From a bacterium (GTDB lineage: Bacteria > Patescibacteriota > Saccharimonadia > Saccharimonadales > SZUA-47), in NCBI GenBank assembly GCA_043753565.1, contig JAYUWM010000065.1, positions 1 to 42,329 of the forward strand: a DNA stretch of 42,329 bases, in the 5' to 3' direction. Below the pieces are notes generated by a model that searched no databases, was not told the origin of the DNA, and saw only the letters and a program-made list of their open reading frames with translations. Below are positions 7,050 to 14,940 of this stretch, piece after piece. Every line of letters starts with the position of its first letter. Within the stretch, counting starts at the first letter, position 1. The translations under genes were made by a program, and so were the position numbers.

Positions 7050-10000
7050 GTGAAGTTCAGAAAAAATACTCTTACAAGCGAAGGACAAAGCACAAAACTA
7101 CCAAACAAATACAAGGTTTGGATAAATGACAAATTTGGTAATAGTAAAAAACGATTTAATTCATACTCTAACAATGGTAAAACTCTTGTTTTTGTTATTA
7201 TTTTTGCAGTTATAGGCTCAATTATTCTACAAATTGTAAAAGCCGAAGATGATTACGGCAGTATTATGTCTAGCGCCGATCAACTAGTGCTGCGTTATGA
7301 AACTACTATGGCACATCCACTTGTTCAAAATGATTTTGCCCAAGGTTCGCCACCCACCGCACTATTATACGGTAACGGATTAATGCTTTGTAGTGCCCAC
7401 GCTGCCGGCCATTCGGACAGCCAAGTTAGCCCGTTAATGTCTTTAAAACAGCGCCAGCTTAGCCCAAGTGAAATTACAGTCATGGTCGATAAAATTAGAT
7501 CACTTAAATTTGACGACTTACTAGTCAGGACTCTGCCAGATACCCTGGCCCCACCTGCCGGCGCAACCCCCAGCTTTAGCCTTATTACTAGTGCCGGCGA
7601 AAGGCGAGCCACGTTGTACCTTGAAGAAAAATCAGATAGTTTTACGGCAATTGCAGATTACATAAACAGTGAGTGCGCAAAAGCCAAAGAAGATTTTTAC
7701 CCTGATGATGTTGTACTAGAGACCATAAAAACAGCTGAAGTTGCGGATACTACAGTGGCTAAAATACCTGATTTACCAGGCACCGTTAGTAAAAATACTA
7801 ACGAGGTCCAGTCTATACGACTTACAGGTGCTGATGCTAAAAAAGCTAAAGACATGGTTACTAAAGGTAATAAAATATTCAAAACTAGCGATGGTAAAAA
7901 AATTAAGGTACGTGTGTTGCCAAAGATACCGGAGTTTAAATCACCTAATCCTTACAAAAAAAGTACAAACAAATCTGGTGTAGCAAGTGCTGAACCCTAT
8001 CGCAAAGTAAGATTTTTATATGTCATAGCAGCAGATCAGGCCGTACCAGCCAGTGCACAAACCGTGGTGAATGACCTTGCTGCAACACTTCCTGTGTATT
8101 ATAGGTCGCAGCTAGGCAAAACGTTTTCTACTTCAAGTGTAGAAATTGTTAGAGCTAAAAAAACAGTTGCTGAATACCAAACGTGCCCAAATGGCTCTAC
8201 TGCATGTACGACTTTTTACCAAGGCAAGTACGCACAGGAGATGGCAACATATTTAAATCTTTTGCCGGAATTTTATATGACACAAACCAATACCATTATT
8301 ATGCACAGCTGGAGCAACGACGGTATTTGCATTGGTCTTGGTGGCCCAGTAAATAGTACGGATAACGTCAATGTTGCTGACTATGGATTCGCAACGTATT
8401 CGTCGACTAACTGTTGGCCCGAAGCCATACACCAGCTGGGCGCTCATGAAGGAGGTCATGGTTTTGGTCTTGTACACACATGCGACACCACTATGATGGA
8501 TACGTGTGGCTACACAAAGGCACCAGCCTACGGTAGCCCACTCCATACTGCTCAAGCAGCATTACTACGAGACTATAGCCCGTATTTTAACGGCCCACTT
8601 CCAACACCACAGGACCCAGCGCCAATATTATCTGGTACCACATATATAGCTATTACCCCTGCCCGAATATTAGATAGCCGATCAGGCGCATCCACTGTAG
8701 ATGGGCAATACTTAGGCATTGGCACGCGCCCCGCGGGGTCAGTTACCGAAGTACAAGTTGCCGGGCGAGCGGGCGTGCCTGCAGATGCCTTGTCTGCTTC
8801 TTTAAACATAACATCGCTAAGTGCAACTACAGATGGATACATGACAGTATACCCGTGCGGTATTGGCACCCCCAATACATCAAACGTAAACTATACAACT
8901 GGCAGTACGGTCGCTAACTTTGTAATTTCAAAGTTGGGCAGTGGCAAGGTATGCGTATATACAAGTGGCGCCACCGGGTTGTTGATTGATGTTAGTGGGG
9001 CATTCCCAGCCGGCTCAGGCGCATCTTATACTAATGTCGTACCGTCTCGTCTAATGGATACTCGCATTGGTGGCAGCACTGTTGACGGACAATTTACTAA
9101 TATAGGACAGCTTGCGGCAGGTTCTATTACTCAGTTACAAGTAGCAGGAAGGGCCGGAATCTCATCAACTGCGTCTGCTGTTTCTATGAATGTGACTATC
9201 TTAAATCCATTAGCTAATGGCTTTGCAACGGTATTCCCTTGCGATAGTACCGCACCAAACACATCTAGCGTTAACTACACTACCGGGAAAGTTGTCTCTA
9301 ACGCTGTAATTTCAAAACTCGGCAACGGCAAAGTATGTATATATACAAATATCGCGACAGGCTTACTTGTTGATGCAAACGGATCATTTAATACAGTAAC
9401 TGCGTATAGCAGCATTCTACCTGCGCGCATCCTAGATAGCCGTGTTGGTGCATCGACAATAGACGGACAGTATCTAGGCATAGGTACGCGCCCAGCTGGG
9501 TCAGTTACCGAAGTGCAGGTTGCAGGACGAGCAGGAGTGAAAGGCGATGCATTGGTTGCTGCTCTAAACATTACAGCTGTTAATCCAGCCTCAGCCGGAT
9601 ATATGACAGTGTACCCATGCGGTATTAGTACCCCTAATACATCGAACGTCAACTATACAACTAGCAGTAGTGTTGCTAACTTTGTAATTTCAAAACTAGG
9701 AAGCGGTAAGGTATGCGTATTTACAAGCAGTGCAACCGATTTACTGGTTGATGTTAACGGGGCGTTTGTTGTGGCAGATGTGCAACAACTTGCACTTTCA
9801 GCACCTCCTGCCACCCAGGCGCCAGTAATTGCTGGTGGTCAAATCACGCTTCAGACATGCCCTACTGGCACAACCGGCACATACCCAAACTGCGTAACGA
9901 CCGTGCCACCACCCGTGTGTTCTGGTATTACTGTCTATAAAGATGCTAACTACTTAGGCACATCGCAAAATATAACCGTTGGCAAATATGCAACAAATCA

Positions 10001-10475
10001 GATTACACTAGGCGATAACGCAGTAAGTTCAGCAAAAATTCCTACAGGTTGTAAATTAACTTTGTACCAAGGCAGTGGCTATACAGGTGCAACACAAGTA
10101 CTTACAAGTGACTGGGTTGGATTTAACAAAGACCCGTGGAACGACAAAACATCTAGCTTAGAAGTATCCCTAGCTGATGTTATAGCAAGCGGATCACCTA
10201 AAACGTGCTTGGTAGGTAGTGTTGTATTGTTCAAAGACGCGGCTTATGGTGGCATTTCGCAGACGCTTAGCAACGGTAGTTATAACGCGTCACAGATTAC
10301 CGTAGGTGACAACCGCTTAAGTTCGGTAAAAGTACCTGCAGGGTGTAAAGTTATTTTGTATCAAAGCAACGGTTTTAGCGGCGCCACAAAAGTTCTTACA
10401 GGTAACTGGACTTCAGTTTTGGGCGACCCATGGAACGATATTACATCTAGCCTTGAAGTAAGAAACTTAGAATAG
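7050..10475 (+). CDS. Large secreted or membrane-anchored modular protein: unknown N-domain, metzincin-type Zn-metalloprotease domain, three ~127-aa tandem repeats, Pro/Thr linker, and two beta/gamma-crystallin-like domains
   Basis: GTG at 7050 sits 5 nt after AAAGGGG (7038-7044); the in-frame ATG at 6987 has no SD. Signal anchor TLVFVIIFAVIGSIILQIV. HEGGHGFGLVH motif. Internal repeats and Greek-key-like YxxxxYxG…S motifs are present. Confidence 0.85.
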   Translation: MKFRKNTLTSEGQSTKLPNKYKVWINDKFGNSKKRFNSYSNNGKTLVFVIIFAVIGSIILQIVKAEDDYGSIMSSADQLVLRYETTMAHPLVQNDFAQGSPPTALLYGNGLMLCSAHAAGHSDSQVSPLMSLKQRQLSPSEITVMVDKIRSLKFDDLLVRTLPDTLAPPAGATPSFSLITSAGERRATLYLEEKSDSFTAIADYINSECAKAKEDFYPDDVVLETIKTAEVADTTVAKIPDLPGTVSKNTNEVQSIRLTGADAKKAKDMVTKGNKIFKTSDGKKIKVRVLPKIPEFKSPNPYKKSTNKSGVASAEPYRKVRFLYVIAADQAVPASAQTVVNDLAATLPVYYRSQLGKTFSTSSVEIVRAKKTVAEYQTCPNGSTACTTFYQGKYAQEMATYLNLLPEFYMTQTNTIIMHSWSNDGICIGLGGPVNSTDNVNVADYGFATYSSTNCWPEAIHQLGAHEGGHGFGLVHTCDTTMMDTCGYTKAPAYGSPLHTAQAALLRDYSPYFNGPLPTPQDPAPILSGTTYIAITPARILDSRSGASTVDGQYLGIGTRPAGSVTEVQVAGRAGVPADALSASLNITSLSATTDGYMTVYPCGIGTPNTSNVNYTTGSTVANFVISKLGSGKVCVYTSGATGLLIDVSGAFPAGSGASYTNVVPSRLMDTRIGGSTVDGQFTNIGQLAAGSITQLQVAGRAGISSTASAVSMNVTILNPLANGFATVFPCDSTAPNTSSVNYTTGKVVSNAVISKLGNGKVCIYTNIATGLLVDANGSFNTVTAYSSILPARILDSRVGASTIDGQYLGIGTRPAGSVTEVQVAGRAGVKGDALVAALNITAVNPASAGYMTVYPCGISTPNTSNVNYTTSSSVANFVISKLGSGKVCVFTSSATDLLVDVNGAFVVADVQQLALSAPPATQAPVIAGGQITLQTCPTGTTGTYPNCVTTVPPPVCSGITVYKDANYLGTSQNITVGKYATNQITLGDNAVSSAKIPTGCKLTLYQGSGYTGATQVLTSDWVGFNKDPWNDKTSSLEVSLADVIASGSPKTCLVGSVVLFKDAAYGGISQTLSNGSYNASQITVGDNRLSSVKVPAGCKVILYQSNGFSGATKVLTGNWTSVLGDPWNDITSSLEVRNLE
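8445..8477 (+). other. HExxHxxGxxH zinc-binding signature (metzincin type)
   Basis: Translates as HEGGHGFGLVH, preceded by HQLGA. Confidence 0.8.
8652..9767 (+). repeat. Three in-frame tandem repeats (~378-384 nt each) inside the large surface-protein gene
   Basis: Units start at 8652 (ITPARILDSR), 9036 (VVPSRLMDTR) and 9414 (ILPARILDSR). Shared blocks: STVDGQ, GS(V/I)T(E/Q)(V/L)QVAGRAG, LN(I/V)T, G(Y/F)(M/A)TV(Y/F)PC, PNTS(N/S)VNYTTG, N(F/A)VISKLG(S/N)GKVC(V/I)(Y/F)T, LL(I/V)D(V/A)(S/N)G(A/S)F. Units 1 and 3 are closest but differ by many synonymous changes. Confidence 0.85.
9918..10472 (+). repeat. Two beta/gamma-crystallin-like (Greek-key) domains at the C-terminus
   Basis: Domain 1 (9918-10167): CSGITVYKDANYLGTSQNITVGKY…LGDNAVSSAKIPTGCKLTLYQGSGYTGA…DPWNDKTSSLEV. 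Domain 2 (10201-10472): CLVGSVVLFKDAAYGGISQTLSNGSY…VGDNRLSSVKVPAGCKVILYQSNGFSGA…DPWNDITSSLEV. Confidence 0.65.
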
Positions 10476-10546
10476 GTAAAAAAGTTTTTATGCTTACATA
10501 TATAAACTTGGCAAACCAAAAGTGACTACCGTAACGGTGCAATAGA

Positions 10547-11140
10547 ATGAATAAATTTGACATTGATTTTACAGATTTAGGGTACGTTCTAATATGGTCG
10601 TTGGCATTATATACCCTGTTGGTATCAGATATATTTGGACAATACCTAAGTGATCTTGGTATCTTTGGGATAGATTATATATTTACAACTATAGGTAGTT
10701 ACCTTAGTACTTTCTTGCGTTGGATTGATGGCTACAAGATTACCACGAGCGTTATAAGCCTTTTATTGTGGGTTATTACTGGTTTGGTTGTGCATGCCAT
10801 TTTATCAGTTTCGATTCATTCATTAGACGAAGTTAGGCAGCAGTGGAAACTAGCCCTATTTTATGTACACCCAGATAAATTCAGTACAACAAAATATATT
10901 TTGCACGGCTTAATGCAATTTGTGCTTAGTATGGTATTTACAGTAGTAATGGCAGCCTGGGTAATATTTGGATTTAACATATTATTTAAATTTGCTCACG
11001 ATCTTACATATGTAGCACTTTTTGACAATACAACACTGTTTTTAGCTGGCTGCAATTTACTTGCTGCGTTTGCAAGCATTGCTCTATTTGTTACTGGTAT
11101 TTTTTTGGGATATAAAATTATTATTCGTGCGAAATCATAG
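10547..11140 (+). CDS. Polytopic membrane protein, hypothetical
   Basis: 197-aa ORF with about 5 hydrophobic helices, 71 nt downstream of the large surface-protein gene. No family recognised. Confidence 0.6.
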   Translation: MNKFDIDFTDLGYVLIWSLALYTLLVSDIFGQYLSDLGIFGIDYIFTTIGSYLSTFLRWIDGYKITTSVISLLLWVITGLVVHAILSVSIHSLDEVRQQWKLALFYVHPDKFSTTKYILHGLMQFVLSMVFTVVMAAWVIFGFNILFKFAHDLTYVALFDNTTLFLAGCNLLAAFASIALFVTGIFLGYKIIIRAKS

Positions 11141-11292
11141 TTTAAATAGTTTTTGTTTGAATATCTGGCATGCACCAATACTATACAAAATAATCTTAAG
11201 TACAAGTTTTTTAAAGCAAAAAAGCCACCCCTAAATGGGCAGTATTTTTTTACGCTAATTAGTAACACTGTGTGATATCTAACAACTAACAG

Positions 11293-11306
11293 TTGACTTT
11301 AGTCAA
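11293..11306. promoter_or_regulatory. Perfect palindrome TTGACTTTAGTCAA (TTGAC-N4-GTCAA), a candidate FNR/FixK-type Crp-family box
   Basis: The two 5-nt arms are exact reverse complements and fit the family core TTGA-N6-TCAA. The centre lies ~55 nt upstream of the ATG at 11354. A Crp/Fnr regulator gene is adjacent. Confidence 0.4.
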
Positions 11307-11353
11307 GGTACTAATGTGCTTAACATGAGTAAATAGACCTAAGGGGGAAAATT

Positions 11354-11563
11354 ATGAGAAATGCATATTTATTTAACAGGCCAATCAACGTAAACGAGAT
11401 AACTGATTTAGTGGACATATCTTACGAGCCTACAACGAACTGGAAAGTAAAATCTAATAAACTTCAACCCAAAAGTTGGCGTGAAAGTACACGCTATAAG
11501 TACAAGCCTTGGTCATCGCGCAGACATCACGGCCACAGTAGTAGACCTACTAGTTTTGCTTGA
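11354..11563 (+). CDS. Small basic Trp-containing hypothetical protein (69 aa)
   Basis: Strong SD AAGGGGGA (11341-11348) 5 nt before the ATG. No homology recognised. It ends 7 nt from the stop of the convergent Crp/Fnr gene. Confidence 0.5.
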   Translation: MRNAYLFNRPINVNEITDLVDISYEPTTNWKVKSNKLQPKSWRESTRYKYKPWSSRRHHGHSSRPTSFA

Positions 11564-11570
11564 AAAATAT

Positions 11571-12227
11571 TTAAGACATTTTACGGAGTTCGTTTTTTAT
11601 ACCTAAAAAGTTCACAACCGTAATAAATTTGTGACCGACGTTTATAAAGCCTTTTAGTTTAAGTTTTCTTAGCTCGCGGCTTGCTGTTTCACGGCTAAGT
11701 CCCACCTGATTGGCAAGTTCATATTCGTGCACTTTAAGTTGATATGAATTTAGCTTACTTTTAGGTACCTGCTGGCATTCTAAAATTAGCTCGTTAAGCA
11801 AACGCGTGTATGCATTGCCACCCATAAAGTAGGACATGCGCTTTAACAATATTGTCTTTAGCTCTTCATTGTTTTTTAAAAGGCCATACACAGCGTCAGG
11901 ATTTTCAGATAAGTATTCTTTTAACGCCATGCCCGGTGCTATTCTAAGTGACAAATCTTCTGAGCTTTCATAAAAATACTCGTTTTTAACATCAGTAATC
12001 GTTAAAGAAAGTGGAAACACCGCATTCGCCCTATATAGTCCTAAAACTATCTCGTCACCACTATCAGTTATAGTGTATTGGCGTACTTTACCTGAACAGA
12101 TTTGATAAATACTTTTGGGCTGATCATTTGCGTGGATAAGTATTTGGCCGCGTTTATATTTGCGCAAAGGGTAACCAGAGAAGAAATGATCAAGCTTGTT
12201 TGTTATCGCACTGTCCAAAGCGTTCAT
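11571..12227 (-). CDS. Crp/Fnr-family transcriptional regulator (cNMP-binding-like domain plus C-terminal HTH)
   Basis: Beta-roll region (YKRGQILIHANDQPKSIYQICSGKVRQYTITDSGDEIVLGL) and HTH (LANQVGLSRETASRELRKLKLKGFI). The start is taken at the ATG at 12227 (MNALDS…, GAGGAG immediately upstream). The 46 codons further upstream look non-coding. The start is uncertain. Confidence 0.85.
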   Translation of the reverse strand: MNALDSAITNKLDHFFSGYPLRKYKRGQILIHANDQPKSIYQICSGKVRQYTITDSGDEIVLGLYRANAVFPLSLTITDVKNEYFYESSEDLSLRIAPGMALKEYLSENPDAVYGLLKNNEELKTILLKRMSYFMGGNAYTRLLNELILECQQVPKSKLNSYQLKVHEYELANQVGLSRETASRELRKLKLKGFINVGHKFITVVNFLGIKNELRKMS

Positions 12228-12420
12228 CTCCTCTGTTTTTTTAAATACTACTATAATTTTTATCACACTACTAAATTGACGTATGTCATATATGTTACAA
12301 ATAAGCTGTAACTTACAGGTGTTAAAGCGTGTACTTAAAACGAAAATAGTCTGAAAAATAGCCATAGAAAAGTCTTTAAACCTAGAGTGTACTAATACAA
12401 TTTATGGCCTAAAGCGCGGG

Positions 12421-12522
12421 TTATTGGCTTAGTTCTACAGCAATTCCCGCCATAACAATGCAAAGTGCAACAATGCTTACTATAAGCAACGTGGTTAGTA
12501 AGGCTTTTTTATTGTTATGCAC
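12421..12522 (-). CDS. Possible 33-aa single-TM micropeptide (VHNNKKALLTTLLIVSIVALCIVMAGIAVELSQ)
   Basis: Hand-translated. The GTG at 12522 overlaps the stop (12515-12517) of the LexA-like gene. Basic N-terminus plus a ~22-residue hydrophobic helix. No other support. Confidence 0.25.
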   Translation of the reverse strand: MHNNKKALLTTLLIVSIVALCIVMAGIAVELSQ

Positions 12523-12952
12523 GGGCTGCCGCCTCTACGTGTTTTAGTGTGGTAATGTAGGCAATTGCTTGGTCATTAAATCCTAGCACTTTTACAGCAC
12601 CTATTAATACGTATAGTTCGTCGGCATTGGTTGGGGTATATTTTGCTTCTAACTGTTTTAGTTTCTGTTCGACAACACTAAATAGCCAAGCCGATTCATC
12701 TGGTTTAACGCTAGTTGCAGATTGATCTACAGCGGCTTTTGTAGGTTCTAGTGATCTGGCTGAATTTTCACGTTTTATTAAGTGCCCACGGGCCACAAGG
12801 TTGTTAATATGTAGCGCCACAGTAGCCACAGACGTATAACCAACACCATTCATAATCTCGCGGTAGCTGGGGCTATAGCCATGTTCGGCAATAAACGACT
12901 CAATATATTCTAATAATAATTTTTGCTTTTTGGTTGGCCTAACTGTTGCCAT
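12515..12952 (-). CDS. LexA N-terminal DNA-binding-domain protein without the S24 peptidase/autocleavage domain
   Basis: KKQKLLLEYIESFIAEHGYSPSYREIMNGVGYTSVATVALHINNLVARGHLIKR matches the LexA winged-helix domain. The protein is only 145 aa and the C-terminal half is helical and unrelated, with no Ser/Lys dyad region. TAATG overlap with the upstream gtrA-like gene. Confidence 0.8.
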   Translation of the reverse strand: MATVRPTKKQKLLLEYIESFIAEHGYSPSYREIMNGVGYTSVATVALHINNLVARGHLIKRENSARSLEPTKAAVDQSATSVKPDESAWLFSVVEQKLKQLEAKYTPTNADELYVLIGAVKVLGFNDQAIAYITTLKHVEAAARA

Positions 12953-13395
12953 TACCGATGTGCCCTGCGTGCTGTTTTAGGTTTTTTGTAGCGGTCGGGA
13001 AACACCCAATACTTGTACCAAACGTAGTTCCATACTGTAAAGAAACCACTAGATATAAACTGGCCTATGTACGGTGATATACCAACTTTTTGTAAGCTCC
13101 ATATAATAAGGTAGTTCAAACCAAAATTAACCAAGGTAATAATTACATAGCGCCCGGTTGTTTGGCCCATATGCCCTTTGGCCTTAGGGTTTTTAAATAC
13201 CCAGTAGCGCTGCAACAAAAAGTTCACAGTCCAGCCAATAAGGTTAGCTACCATTGTGGCTGCAAACAGGCTCCAGCCAAGCCCCTTATCAAATGCGAAA
13301 AACGCTGCGTAACCTACCCAAAAATAGGCTCCACCGGCAATCATATATTCTGCAAATTGTATTAGCCGATGCTTTAGCGTTTCGGTTCTTCTCAT
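12952..13395 (-). CDS. GtrA-family membrane protein (polyprenyl-phosphate-sugar translocation family)
   Basis: Four TM helices. Motifs: FAEYMIAGGAYFWVGYAAFFAF…ANLIGWTVNFLLQRYWVFKN…NYVWYKYWVF. The extended -10 TGTTACTAT lies 10 nt upstream of the ATG. Confidence 0.85.
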   Translation of the reverse strand: MRRTETLKHRLIQFAEYMIAGGAYFWVGYAAFFAFDKGLGWSLFAATMVANLIGWTVNFLLQRYWVFKNPKAKGHMGQTTGRYVIITLVNFGLNYLIIWSLQKVGISPYIGQFISSGFFTVWNYVWYKYWVFPDRYKKPKTARRAHR

Positions 13396-13491
13396 GGTTA
13401 CTTACATAGTAACAGGTATGGTGCCTGCTAACCATTGTTGGCGCCTTGGGCATTAACTAATGCGCATCTAACAGGTATACTGTCTACATAC

Positions 13492-14940
13492 ATGAAAAAC
13501 AGCGCCCAACTGCTTTATAGCTTTGTTCTACTAGTCGGGGATTTTGTGGCGCTGGTAGCCGCGTTTACCCTAGCCTATATTATAAGGGTTAAACTAGACA
13601 CCCGGCCCTTGATCGAACAAGTGCCGGCCGAAACATATTTATACTTATTTTTGTTTTTGTTACCGTTTTGGTTGCTAATTTTTGCCCTGTTAAACCTATA
13701 TAAAAACGAAGTATACGAAAACCGTTTTAGCGAGGCCGCCCGCATTGTTATAGGATGCGTGATTGGCCTGCTATTTTTACTAAGTAGCGAATATGTACTC
13801 GCCAGGGTTATTTTCCCGGCGCGTTTAGTACCAATTTACGGCTTTATCATCAGTATGCTGCTGGTATTGCTGTCGCGCACTGTTTTGCGGGCAGCCAGAC
13901 GTAGCTTGTTTGCGCGCAACATAGGTACAAACCACGTGTTACTTATTGGCAGCACCCCCATAACAAACGAACTTTATAACAGCCTATCCCACACTGCATT
14001 TACTGGCTACGATGTGATTGGGGTTGTTGGTAGCGGCGCGCACCTAAGTAGCGTGCCCAAAAACAAGCTGTACGATAGTTTTGATGTTGCGCTGCGGGCA
14101 CTAAAAAATCTAGGCGTGCACAGCATTGTGCAGACCCAACTATATAAAGACCAAACTATTAACGACCAACTTAGCGGCTACGCCCAAGATAACCACATAG
14201 CTTTTAAGTTTGTACCTGCCAACAGCGATGTATTTGTAGGTAAGCTTGATGTTGAGCTTTTGCAAAACATCCCGGTTGTATCGGTGCACCAAACCGCACT
14301 TGTAGGCTGGGGGCGTATTGCTAAGCGGCTTTTTGATATATCTGTATCTTTCGTGGCAATTATTGTTTTAAGCCCGGTGTATTTGCTTATTATGTTGGCC
14401 CAAAAAATTACCAGCCCAAAAAGTAGCATCTTTTTTAAGCAAACCCGCCTAACCCGTTTTAATACACAATTTAAGATCTACAAATTTAGATCACAGTACC
14501 AAAAGTACGATGGCACCACGCCCGAACAAGCCTTTGACATGATGGGCAAACCACACCTAGCCAAAAAGTACCGCAATAACGGCGACTGGCTTGCCAAAGA
14601 CCCGCGCATAACACCAGTTGGTCGTTTTTTGCGGCGCACAAGTTTAGATGAACTACCCCAGTTATACAATATATTGCGGGGCGATATTAGCTTAGTTGGC
14701 CCCAGGGCCCTTATTGCCGCCGAACTAGACAACTACGCCTACAAAAACCTAATTTTAAGTGTTAAATCTGGCCTAACTGGTTTGGCACAAATTTCTGGCC
14801 GTAAAGATATACCGTTTAGTGAACGCCGTAGGCTAGATTTGTATTATGTACAAAACTGGAGCTTTTGGTTTGATGTTACTATTTTGGCAAAAACAGCCCT
14901 GCAAGTTTTTACCAGGTTGTTTAGCAGAAAGAGCGATTAA
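13492..14940 (+). CDS. Polyprenyl-phosphate glycosyl-1-phosphate transferase (WbaP/CpsE/WsaP-type bacterial sugar transferase), the initiating enzyme
   Basis: N-terminal TM block, central Rossmann-like region, and a C-terminal catalytic domain (KRLFDISVSF…SPKSSIFFKQTRLTRFNTQFKIYKFRS…DELPQLYNILRGDISLVGPRA). ATG at 13492 is preferred over the TTG at 13435. Confidence 0.9.
   Translation: MKNSAQLLYSFVLLVGDFVALVAAFTLAYIIRVKLDTRPLIEQVPAETYLYLFLFLLPFWLLIFALLNLYKNEVYENRFSEAARIVIGCVIGLLFLLSSEYVLARVIFPARLVPIYGFIISMLLVLLSRTVLRAARRSLFARNIGTNHVLLIGSTPITNELYNSLSHTAFTGYDVIGVVGSGAHLSSVPKNKLYDSFDVALRALKNLGVHSIVQTQLYKDQTINDQLSGYAQDNHIAFKFVPANSDVFVGKLDVELLQNIPVVSVHQTALVGWGRIAKRLFDISVSFVAIIVLSPVYLLIMLAQKITSPKSSIFFKQTRLTRFNTQFKIYKFRSQYQKYDGTTPEQAFDMMGKPHLAKKYRNNGDWLAKDPRITPVGRFLRRTSLDELPQLYNILRGDISLVGPRALIAAELDNYAYKNLILSVKSGLTGLAQISGRKDIPFSERRRLDLYYVQNWSFWFDVTILAKTALQVFTRLFSRKSD

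Noticed and set aside
10996-11268. A 90-aa minus-strand ORF overlapping the 3' end of the membrane-protein gene.
   Set aside because: It overlaps a plausible plus-strand CDS, has no SD or promoter geometry, and has an implausible composition.
11268-11290. TGTGA half-sites (GTGTGATA here and again on the minus strand near 12258-12266) as CRP-type boxes.
   Set aside because: Only one half-site is present in each case and the partner half (TCACA) is poorly matched. The full TTGAC-N4-GTCAA palindrome is the better candidate.
12228-12365. A 46-codon N-terminal extension of the Crp/Fnr ORF (MAIFQTIFVLSTRFNTCKLQ…).
   Set aside because: The sequence does not look like the family N-terminus, and it overlaps an AT-rich promoter-like region. 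The domain begins right after the internal ATG at 12227. The exact start remains uncertain.
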